Origin: Nymphaea colorata
Lineage: Eukaryota
Direction: 5' to 3'
Assembly (NCBI RefSeq): GCF_008831285.2
Contig: NC_045138.2
Span: 17,422,001-17,486,000 of the forward strand
Length of the DNA stretch: 64,000 nt
Below are positions 1 to 11,122 of this stretch, in pieces; the first letter of the stretch is position 1, and each line of letters starts with the position of its first letter. The notes under the pieces are model-generated. The model was not told the DNA's origin. It did no database searches and saw nothing but the letters and a program-made list of their open reading frames with translations. A program made the translations under genes and the position numbers.

Positions 1-280
1 AGTGTGAGTCTGTGACTTAATATAATATCGTTGTCAAATGACGCCACAACTTTTTTTCTTTTGCCGGTTCTTCACCTTTTAGATTAGTTCCGTTTTTATC
101 TTTTCTTAGATCAGAGTCATAATGAATCCACATCTGTAAATTTGAAAAAACAACATTCCATGAGCTTGTGTTTACATGAAAACAGGTAAATTAAGACTCC
201 GAATACGAGCAAGAGTAGGATGTTGCTTTGGATGACAGATCCAGATAAATAGATCTAGATCTTTTCATATGATCCAGACA
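1..280 (+). repeat. 3' flank/3'UTR module of the small 3-exon gene family; implies another paralog just upstream of the window
   Basis: Colinear similarity with 25880-26150, 35190-35470 and 22320-22450 (e.g. gttcttcacct..tagattagttc; tgtttacatgaaaa..gtaaattaaga.tccgaa; gatccagataaatagatc). Confidence 0.75.
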
Positions 281-509
281 AAGCTCTCGTTTTCTACATG
301 GTGCAAAATCCTCGGGTCTTTAAATCTTCCCAACGACCTGCAAAGTTTACAACTTCAAAGTTTGGCAGCATGAAAATCGTGTTTTCACTTGCCTAAACGG
401 CCCACTCACCAAGTTAAGAAAACGAAAACAATATTGCTAGTCCATTGGGAACCAAATTAATTGGATCAGTCAATATAGTATGACTGGTGAGAGTCAATAA
501 ACAATCGGT

Positions 510-788
510 CAGATTATTCTGAATTATTTATAGTATTTTATATGTTAATCTTCTACGATATCAACACTCGAATTCTACATAAGCCTGTTATGTATTTTGA
601 AACTTAGTAGTTTGTTTAACTCAAAACTGGCTCCAAATGTGTGCTTCATTGAATGGTGGGGACATTCAATATTAAATTCACATTACATTGATGAACAATA
701 CAATTTATTTTAGTATAATTATTTATGAAACATTTGGGCTACAATTTCATCTTGTCGCTACACTGCCAACTAACAAATTAACAACCAT

Positions 789-819
<31 letters not shown>

Positions 820-1170
820 GTGGCCTGAGCAGCTGGGGTGTATAGTAATGAAAATTCAGTCTTTCTGCATTGCAGGTAATTCTGCTAATCCAATCTGTTT
901 TAAAAGTGTTTGAAACATTCAAACTCAAAAAATTGTATCTGTAGTTGAAGCAAAGCGAGACGCAAAATAAATTTAAAATTCCACCCCATCATCAATATCT
1001 GTGTACTTTATTTACCTTCTTTTGGTTTATCCCAATGCAATATTGAACTTTTCTGTTATCATTACTGAGTATACAAAATTATACAAAATAATGAAATTAA
1101 GTTTGCGAAAGGGGGATGGTTTCTGTCACAGTATTCCCAGCTTAAATTAGTAACTAATTGACAATACCAT
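510..1170 (+). repeat. Duplicated upstream/promoter module of the small-gene family, with no gene following
   Basis: Aligns by eye with 20630-21230 and 33040-33560 (ttttgaaacttagt; gttgatgaacaat; ggttttctgtcaca..aattgaca). Confidence 0.65.
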
Positions 1171-1708
1171 GTTTCTAATGAATGAAGCAATCCATAAGAT
1201 CGTTTGGCAAACAGAACACTTTGTGGGTGTTTTGTGAACCTAACACAAAATTTAGGACAAATTCATGGACACTTAGCTTTAGTGTTGCATGAATCTACAC
1301 TAATCTTTGAGTAAGATTCGTAGAACAGTCACGTGGTGTTCCAACTTCCAAATAGCCTCTTAGGGTTCCATCTTAAGTGGATTCAAAGGGTTTTAACTTG
1401 TGTCTATAAATTCTTAGGCATATGGACTATCAAAAGTCAGGGTAAAGGGTCTCGTGTTTGAAAGGGACTCGTTTGGGGGGATGGCAATGGGTTCAAGATA
1501 GAGTTGTCTTCAACCTTGGCAATGGGATTTCCTTGAATGAAAACCCAAACTCTCCATGGATTTGGATTTGTAGCGCTAAAGTCAAAATTGGTTAATCCAC
1601 ATTGCCTTCTCTAACTCGTTTGTGAAGATTGAGTAATCCAGACACTAATGTTTTAAAGGATTTAGCCTTTTTTATTTCCATGTCTTATAAAGCAACAGAG
1701 TTTGTATG

Positions 1709-1752
<44 letters not shown>

Positions 1753-1769
1753 CTGACGGTTGATAAAAT

Positions 1770-4045
1770 GAGGCATTTGTTTGAGGTTATCCCGGGACAA
1801 ACAAACCGGAGGAAGAAAAAAAAGATTTGACTTGATTTTTCTTTTTTGGTTTTGATTCGAACACGTAGAAAAAGCATTTTCCTTTCTTGAGGCAATGAGT
1901 ATGGAGGATGGAGCAGGGGTGGTGGGCATGATCGGATTAAATTGAGTTTTGGCCGTGAAGAAAAACAGCACACGATTTTGGGGTTCACTTTTAGTACATG
2001 CCTGTTACTTGTTACTAACCATGAATATGCACCTTCTCCCTTCCCCTTTAAGAGCATTTCAAATTCAGCTTCTCTTTCCTTGCATTCTTTTCTTCTCTCT
2101 TCACATTCACATTCTTCGATGCCAGCTGTTGACTAGTTTATTTTGTCGCTCTTTGATTGTTGGCTTTTTGCAGTTTATTTTGTATTCCTTTTATTTTTTA
2201 GCTCCTTTGTCATAATTTTTGTGATTGAATTTTTCATTTTATCGGTTGTATGTGCACATATAAATAAAAAGTACAGCATGTAAGCCAAAGACAAAGTGAG
2301 GAGTCAAATGCTGTTTGTTGAGATCGGAGACCGATTGAAATTCACTTATCATTCAAGTGTGCAGCCGATTCCCCCAATGCAACTGATAGATATGTGCTCA
2401 CCTTTTACATTATTTAATACAGGTCCCCATCTATTTCAAGAAACTCATACGTAACTTCTATCTATAAGAAATATTAGCATTTTAATCATTTGCTGACCTT
2501 GCTGGAATGCAGAGATACTGTCGGGCTTGTCGGTAAAACCAGAGAGAGATCCCAGCAACGGAATAGCGACGGTGGTCGTATGCAAAATTTTTGGAAACTA
2601 ACTGAAAATTTACATAGGAGCAGAGAAAAAAGGTTGAAAAAAAGGGGAGGAGGCGGCGCAAAATCTTGATCATGGGGATATAATGCTCACGGTTCTCCCT
2701 CCACACCTTCTTCCCTCAAAACCAAGCTAAGATTTAGGTAGCAGAGGAAGAAAATGTGGAGGCCACCATCTCCTCCTCCAGCTGCCTCCTCTTACCTTTT
2801 CTTCCCAGACGAAAATCATCAGCTCCCCATCAAAGCCATGTCCTCCCTCTCCGACCACGATGACTCCCATAATCCTCAGCTCCCCTCGCTGGCAATCGGA
2901 TTTGCCAACATAACCGGCTACTCCATCATGTCTAGCCTGGCGATGGGGAAGAAGCCCTTCTGCAGCCAGGCCTATGACACGCTGCAATGGAAGCTTTTGG
3001 AATGCTCAGTGGGTAGGGTAGGCTGCTCAGGATGGCCGTGCCGACTTGCGTGTCAGTCTCCTTAGAGTGGTGGTGGTACGAAATCATGGTGGTGCTTTGC
3101 GGGCTACTGGCGGACCCAAAGGGTACGACGGTTTCTGTGGTGCGGCCAGGATGAAAACAGTCTAGCCACCGTCGCCTCCTTTGGGTCCACCGGCAGCCTG
3201 CAGAGCACCACCATGATTTCGTACCTCCACCACTTTAGGCACACTGACACGCAAGTCAAACCACTCCACAGAGCAGTTCATAAGCTTTCATTGCTGCGTA
3301 GCCGCAGAAGGGCTCCATCCCCATCACCAGGCAAGATAAGATGGAGTAACCGGTTATGTTTGCAAATCCGATTGCTAGCGAGGGGAGCTGATGATTACGG
3401 GAGTCATCGTGGTCGGAGAGGGAGGACGTGGCTGCTTTGATGGGGAGCTGATGATTTTAGTCTCTGAAGAAAAGGTAAGAGGAGGAAGCTGGAGGAGGAG
3501 ATGGTGGCTTGCACATTTTCTTTTCTTCATCTGCTACGTAAAACTAGTCAACAGCTGGCATCAAAGAATGTGAATGTGAAGAGAGAAGAAAAGAATGCAA
3601 GGAAAGAGGAGCGGAATTTGAAATGGTCTTAAAGGGGAAGGGAGAAGGAGCATATTCATAGTGGCTCCTCCTCCTCCTTACCTTACCTTACTAAGAAAGT
3701 CAGAACTGCTTAATCCTTTTCCCCTAATCAACTCACACCCTCATCCCAATCCCCATTATCATATCCATGACGAGCCCACTTTCCAAAACCTGCACGGACA
3801 AGTAACAAGCAACAGGCATTTACTAAAAGCAAACCCGAAATTCGTGTACTGTTTTTCTTCACGGCCAAAACTCAAATTAATCTGCCACCGTTCATGCCCA
3901 CCACCCCCGCTCCTTCCTCCATACTCATCGCCTCAAGAAAGGAAAATGTTTTTTCTACTTGTATGAATGGAAACCAAAAAAAAAATCAAATCCAATCTTT
4001 CTTTTCTTCCTCCAGTTTGTTCGTCACCGCATAACGTCAAAGAAT
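1770..4045. repeat. Large inverted repeat. Outer arms 1770-2139 and 3540-4045, inner arms 2738-3133 and 3168-3536; a ~600-bp insertion (2140-2737) is in the left arm only
   Basis: Direct reverse-complement match, e.g. 2101-2139 tcacattcacattcttcgatgccagctgttgactagttt vs 3541-3579 aaactagtcaacagctggcatcaaagaatgtgaatgtga. Confidence 0.9.
2738..3536. ncRNA. Candidate hairpin RNA/proto-MIRNA locus A: inverted duplication of an internally deleted MATE (DTX48-51-like) gene
   Basis: ~380-nt arms around a ~35-nt loop (3134-3167). Arms translate to MATE motifs LAIGFANITGYS..LAMG.EPFC.QAY..QWKLL and CVS.LEWWWYEIMVVLCGLLADPK. The right arm has ATG TGC AAG CCA (MCKP) at 3516 on minus behind a pyrimidine-rich leader. 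RNA function is inferred. Confidence 0.65.
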
Positions 4046-4276
4046 CACATGCTACATGTTTTTGCCCAAGATGATGATGATGAAGGATATTTCAATAAGC
4101 ATCAATCTAGGCTTGAAAAGTCCGAGTAAAACATCTTTTTGTGTACACAGAAAAACATTTTGAGGACAAAAAGTTAGAACCCTTCAGCTCTCTAGTCTTT
4201 TCCTTTTTGAATTTTACCCTTTTTTAACAAGCCAAACTGGTGACGTTTTTCCAAGGAAAAAAAGTCTTGCCTTCAT

Positions 4277-4325
<49 letters not shown>

Positions 4326-4723
4326 CAGAGAAGCACCAACACAAGATATCAAATACAATCCCCCCGAAAGAAAAACCCTCCCCAGAAAGCAAGCAACCCA
4401 ATATTATTACCTTAAGCACTACTCCCCTGGACTGGAAACAGTGACCCCAAAATGATCATATTTTGAAAAATTTGGTTTTTGTTGTCTCAGGAGCATCAAT
4501 CCGCAATGAAATACTGGAAGGGTTGGAAGTAGGAACCTTTCAAAATTGATGTTGCTTCTGAACTAATTTTATGAACATGGTTAATAATCAAACTGGATGG
4601 AATTTAGCAGATTATTCTTCTTGTGGTTCTAAATCGTTTGTGGTGGTGTAATTTCCAGAAACCATTTGTAGGAAACTCTTGAAAAGATCCCCATTTCTAG
4701 TCCCTGTCCTAAGAGGCTTACAA

Positions 4724-4764
<41 letters not shown>

Positions 4765-5254
4765 GGGGATATGTTGGGTTCTTGCATTTGGGGCATTAAA
4801 AATAAAAAATAGAAGACATGAAAGCATAAGTACTTTATGAAAAAGATAATAAAAAATAACGATAAACTAAAAACTGAGAAGCAAATCAAAAACATATTTG
4901 AGAAACAATTTTCAACCCACTGTAAAACCTCATTACAACATCTCTCACTAAAAATTTCCTAAGAGAGTATGTCATTGAATGGAATGAAGGGCCAAACCTT
5001 TCCCAATGAGGACGACATACTTTTGTTGTATAGGTTAACACCACCACTTTAACTCAACTTTCATATCGGTACCTCATTAACTCAACTTTCATATCGGTAC
5101 CTCATTATTTTTTGCAGTACAAAAAGTTGATGCTACAAAAGTTTGAAACCGAGACTGACTGCTTGCTGGCCCCCCCCTCGAAAATAATATATAAGAATTA
5201 AATGGATTCACTAAGTAAGAGATGAACCAATTACTTGAAATAATCTTTAGGCTG

Positions 5255-7060
5255 ATAAGGAAGGAGAGGATTCTCCAATCTTCCTCATCATTTTCCTCCC
5301 TATATACATTTTATTTTTTTTCAATTATTTAATTATTATGGTCAACATTCCATGAAATGTACCGCCCACTTGCCTTCACATTGGTGAGGGCAAAATTTTA
5401 CAATCTTCCTTACCATTTTTCTCTATATATAATATATTCTTTTTCTTTATTTAATTTTTATTATAAATACTTGATGGAACACTTTTTTTAGCAATGTCTT
5501 CAAATTTTGAATCTGAAAGCTAAATGATTCTATGAACCGGTGAATCGAATCCGAATCATTTGTGAATAAGAATTAATTAAAGATTTATTTAGATATAAAA
5601 ATTAAACAATTGAAAAATCAGTGGGGAGAAGAAGAAAAATTTTTAAAAACTAAAAATAAAAAGAACACAATGAACTCATTTAATGGCGAATCTGCACCTG
5701 CTAGCGACATCTTTTTTAGTAGCAATCAAAACGAGTTATGATTTAAGGTGCAACGAAATAAATTAAAACTTATTGTATGCTCTATTTTAATAGAAAAAGA
5801 GGTTGAAGGGCTATTTGTATAACTTTTGGTCGTCCTTCTATCCAGGTGGAGCGGCGGATCCATATGAAAATCGCCAGATTTTTCGTGGGCATTGAGTTGG
5901 CCTTCAGCGAACTGGTAAAGAGCCGATTTGATTCGAATTGGCCGATTCACCGATTTTAATAACACTGGATTTTACAATGATAGAGGACCGAATTTTGATA
6001 CAATCTTCTTCATCGTTTTTCTCCATATATAATTTTATTTCTCCAATTATTAATTTATATGATAAAGACTAGTTGAAAAGTATTGCCCACTTGTTTTCAC
6101 ATGATTGGGTATGAAGTGAACTAACAAACTCTTGTTCATATAACTAAAACAAAATCAGAAATTGAATCAAATGGACCGATTCTAAAAAAATAATAATAAT
6201 AAGAAAAAGGAAAACATAGAAAAGCTTATCAAAAGTAAATAAACAAAAAAATTTTAAAAAGTGAACAAAAAAATGATGTGTCTCATATGGGGTAAGCTGG
6301 GCATTGAAATAGATTTTGGCAGAGATATAGGCAAAGATGAAACCTAAGGCATTGGCTCTCAGCTTTGAGACCATCAATGAAACTTAATGACTCGTTAGCA
6401 TGAGGAATATTGTGCGAGTGTTTTATGAATCTTACTCAATTATTGAGTTAAATTTATGAACTACTTGAATAATTTTTTAATGAATCTTACAACCTCATGC
6501 CAGATAGTTCAAGGTACCTTTCTGCATCTTATTGACATGCAACCCGTTCCTATTACTGCTCTGTCGTCACATAAAAACATATTTATACCATGTGCCCTAT
6601 ATAATCTACTTTTTATGTATTTTTATTTTTCTAACTTTTTGTAGACTTTCAAGTGTTTTTTTTATTTAATTACCTCGAATCGATCCATTTGATTGATCAA
6701 ACCATGTGAAAACCATGTGAAAACAAGTGGGCAGTACCTTTCATATAGTGTTCATCATAGAAATTAATTAAAACGAAAAGTGGAATTATATATAGGAGGA
6801 AAACGACCGAGAAGATTGAAAAAATCCTTTCTCCATCAATGTACGTCAAAACCAGTGACCGATACTGTTTAAGGAGTATTTATAATGGAAATGAAATGAA
6901 GAAAAAAATAAAATTATATACAAAGGAAAATTATAAAGAAGACTGGAAAGTCTTTCCTCTCGTCGATGTGAAAGCAAGTCGTGGTACATTCTTCGTTGAG
7001 TCTTCGCCATAATAATTAAGTAAATAATATATATATTTAAATAGGTGTGAATAACTTATG
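5255..7060. mobile_element. Degenerate fold-back-type repeat built from ~125-bp AT-rich subrepeats; forward copies at 5260-5480 and 5965-6105, reverse copies at 6715-7060
   Basis: The motif caatcttc..cattttt ctc.atatata..ccacttg.tttcaca recurs in both orientations. Related copies at 11545-16330, 18690-19440 and 39190-39985. No transposase or TSD seen. Confidence 0.45.
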
Positions 7061-7983
7061 CGCCCTAACCCTCTCCAAAAAAAGAAGTTTGGTTTTTTTT
7101 CACACTCGTTGCCTAAACACTTCAACCAGGTCTGAAATTGTTGTCAAAATACTTTGATTTGTGAAATTAAACCTAGTTCTCCAAAGAGTACTACCTAAAA
7201 GCTTTAAAATTTTGAGAAAAAAAAAAGTGCAAAATCGATTGAAAATGAAGAATTATGCCATATCACATACAAGTGAAGAAAAGTCGCAATATCTGAATAC
7301 CAACCCAATGTTGGTCTGCTCCCTTTTCGGGAAAGATATCCATTTTCATGACCAAAAACTCAATAAATGGATCTTTCTAATCTGTTTGAACCAGAGCCAG
7401 ATATATATTTTTTGTGAATTTCATTTCGTTCACGTTGGTACAGGGCTAACCTGATCTGGACCCATTTGTGCAATATCTGCATCTCTATTGGATTTAACGT
7501 TTGGATCAAGAACCAAATAAGAGCACCATTCACCTACTTAGTTCAACTTCAAGGGAGGTCAAGAGTTCAAAACCCATGCTGCTGCAGAATAGGGCCTATC
7601 TAAGCTCAGCAATCCTCTTCTTTTTTGCTTGACCAAGAGAAAGAACGAAACCACATTTAACTAGAAGAGGTCCTCATGAATCGCATATATAAGAAGAAAA
7701 AAGTTACATTCTCATTCAGTTCTCATCTATTATGTCTACTTCGTTTTACAAATTGGTATATGATTTGCCGGCAATTAACATGCCCATCTTTCCCCGTTGT
7801 TTTTTGCTTGCATTAACATATAGAAATGTGATGTGGACCAAAATTTGAATCTATACTTCACCATATCTCTGCTTTTTCAGATTTCTGTATGTCATGTTTT
7901 CAATTCTTGTTCCTTGCTGTCAAAGTAGAAATAAACATATCATTATCTTTAAATGATGTTGTCATTTGTCATACTTTACTTTC

Positions 7984-8750
7984 GATCCCCTAGTTCGTAT
8001 GATTTTCTTTCGAGACAGCACGTTCAAAGGAATGGGTGTTTGCATGGCTGGTGATGCATTAGCAAAGGGAGAGTGGGCTAAGTAGGTTTGGTGTCTCAAC
8101 CGATGACTAGGGGGAGAAAGGAAGAGAACCGGTAGATAGGGCCAGCACTCGAGTCGGAGAGTTATCCGTCTACATGACCCTACACACGTTTTAATGTGAG
8201 CACCAAAAAGAGGCTAAAGAATTTTTTTTTTTTGGTTTTTTTTCCTCCCTCTCTTTTTTGTTTCTAGAAGTGTTTGTTTATTTGACTGAGCCAGGCTGGG
8301 TAGCGTTTTGATGGGAAGATCTTTTTATTAGAATCTCCCGTCTTTCGTCCTTAGACTTAAATTTTATGTATTTTTTTTAAAAAGAAGCATGGGAAGAATT
8401 TTTTTTTTATATATAAATGCATAAAATTTAAGTCGGAGGAGGAGGGAAGGGGATTTGAAAAAGAATATCTTTCCACCAAAGTGCAACATAGTCTAGCTCA
8501 GTCAAAAAACATTTACATGTGCCCCCATTTCCCTCTCTTGGTGCTCACATAAAAAGACGTGTCTACTCATGTAAACGATTAAGCTGGGCTCCAGTACCCT
8601 GTACCGGTTCCGTTCTATCCTTCCACTGGCTATCGGTTGGCCCCCAATAACAATTTAACCGACTCTTCCCATTGCTAATGCATCATTAACCACACAAACA
8701 CGCCTTGCTTCTACTGTGTCGACTTGAAAGAAAATTAGGCAAGCGGGGTC
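7984..8750. mobile_element. Non-autonomous fold-back element with long TIRs (MULE/MITE-like), copy A
   Basis: The two halves are reverse complements (gatcccc...ggggtc; gatgcattagcaa vs ttgctaatgcatc) around an AT-rich centre. No TSD recognised. Confidence 0.6.
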
Positions 8751-9339
8751 AGAAAGGTTGGAAATGAACAAAACTGCTGAATAGAAGTATATATATGTAT
8801 ATTAAATAAGTTGAAGGCAACGAGTCATTTTAAGTTTCATCCAATCACGGCCACCCAATGTATTATCGGGCAAACACAACGAAAAAAACTGTCCATAGCA
8901 TCGCAGACTCGAAATGCATTGGTGGTGTGTTGTAAAAAGGCCAAAGGATTTCTTTATCAACAGTGCTCTGCAATTGATCAGGTGATACTTATGTGAATGG
9001 TTCCACTAGAAAACTGTATGGGAATGGTTAAGTTCACTTTAACTTCAAAATTCACCAAAAATACAAGATAGTTGACCAAATATTAGTGTTATAATATAAT
9101 TAGAGCAGTAGCGGAGGCAACTGTGTTGTGATGTAGGCTGTTGCCCACACGAGCCCTTGAGAAGGCACTAAAGTAAAACCATGCGGACTCTTAAAATGCT
9201 TTTTGTTTGTAAAGTACTAAAAATAACATATTACATCCTCCAGAACAATGTAAGCTTTTTACAATTTATGACTTGAACAAAAAATATTTTATTTAAAAAG
9301 TTTTTTGGTTTGAGATGGAAAGGTCAAGCAAGGAGGGGA

Positions 9340-10080
9340 AGCTTCATCCTCTTACCTTTTCGCACCCCAGAAAATCGTCAACTCCCCATCAAAGCCACGT
9401 CCCCCCTCTCCGACCACGATGACTCCCATAATCATCAGCTCCCCTCGCTAGCAATCGGATTTGCAAACATAACCGGTTACTCTGTCATATCTGGCCTGGT
9501 GACGGGGATGGAGCCCTTGTGCGGCCAGGCCTACCACACGCAGCAATGGAAGCTTATGGACTGCTCTGCGGGTGGGGTGGGCTGCTCCGGTTGGCCGTGC
9601 CGACTTGAGTCTGCTTGGAGTGGTGGTGGTATGAAATCATGGTGGTGCTCTGCGAGCTGCTGGCGGACCCAAAGGAGGTGATGGTCTCTGTGGTTTTTTT
9701 ATGGTGCGGCGAGGACGAAAATAGTCTCACCACGGTCGCCTCCTTTGGGTTTGCCAGCAGCCTACAGAGCACCACCATGATTTCGTACCACCAACACTCC
9801 AAGCACACTGACACGCAAGTCAGCATGGCCATCGGAGCAGACCACCCCACAGAGCTGTACAGAAGCTTCCATTGCTGCTTGTCGTAGGCCTGGCCGCAAA
9901 AGGGCTCCATCCCCGTCATGAGGCCAGATATGACGGAGTAACCCGTTATGTTTGCAAATCCGATTGCTAGCGTGGGTAGCTGACGATTATGGGAGTCATC
10001 GTCGGAGAGGGAGGACGTGGCTGCTTTGATGGGGAGCTGACGATTTTGGATTGGGAAGAAAAGCTAAGAGGAGGAAGCAG
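9340..10080. ncRNA. Candidate hairpin RNA/proto-MIRNA locus B, MATE-derived paralog of A
   Basis: Arms 9340-9690 and 9728-10080. ORF-track translations show LAIGFANITGYSVISGLVTGMEPLCGQAY and EWWWYEIMVVLCELLADPK on +, and CVSVCLECWWYEIMVVLCRLLANPKEATV on -. Confidence 0.65.
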
Positions 10081-10594
10081 GAGAAGGAGATGGTGGCTTG
10101 CACACTTTCTTTTCTTCCTTTGCTACGTAAAACTAGTCAACAGCTGGCATCAAAGAACGAATGTGAATAGAGAAGAAAAGAGTGCAAGGAAAGAGGAGCT
10201 TTTTTAATCCAATCTCCATACTCATCGCCTCAAGAAAGGAAAATGCTTTTTCTACTTGTTCGAATGAAAACAAAAAAAAAAGAAAATCAAATCCAATCTT
10301 TCTTTTCTTCCTCCAGTTTGTTCGTCACCGCATAACGTCAAAGAATCACATGCTACATGTTTTTGCCCAAGATGATGATGATAAAGGATATCTCAATAAG
10401 CATCAATCTGCAGGGGCAGTCTGATAGGCTCGAAAAGCCCAAGTAAAACATCTTTTTGTGTACACAGAAAAACATTTTGAGGACAAAAAGTTAGAAGCCT
10501 TCAGCTCTCTAGTCTTTTCTTTTTTGAATTTTACCCTTTTTTAACAAGCCAATCTGGTGACGTTTTTTCAAGAAAAAAAAGTCTCGCCTTCATG

Positions 10595-10625
<31 letters not shown>

Positions 10626-11082
10626 AATTTTTAGTGACAGGGAAGCACCAACACAAGATACCGAATACAGTCCCCCCAAAAGAAAAGCCCTCATCGGAAG
10701 GCAAGCAACCCAATATATTTCATCTGTTTTTTTCCCTTAAGCACTCCTCTGAACAGTGACCCCGAAATGATCATATTTTGAAAAATTTGGTTTTTGTTGA
10801 TTGGATAAGATTTTTCTCAGTGACCTTTTCTTTTCATTTTCTTCCTTTCTCAGGGGCATCAATCCATAATGAAATACTGGAAGGGTTGGAAGTAGGAACC
10901 TTTCAAAATTGATGTTGCTTCTGAACTAATTTTATGAACATGGTTAATAATCTAACTGGATGGAATTTAGCAGATTATTCTTCTTGTGGTTCTAAATCGT
11001 TTATGGTGGTGTAATTTTCAGAAACCATTTGCAGGAAACTCTTGAAAAGATCCCCATTTCTAGTCCCTGTCCTAAGAGGCTT

Positions 11083-11122
<40 letters not shown>

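Larger units (their letters stand above)
2780..9343 (+). repeat. Tandem segmental duplication, unit A (~6.56 kb)
   Basis: Continuous high similarity to 9340-18513. The junction at 9340-9343 (agct) joins the unit end (cf. 18491-18513) to the unit start (cf. 2780). Confidence 0.9.

Noticed and set aside
2754..3065. Functional MATE transporter CDS (also the ORFs at 9310-9919)
   Set aside because: Only short, deleted and frameshifted fragments in inverted orientation; they cannot encode a 12-TM transporter.
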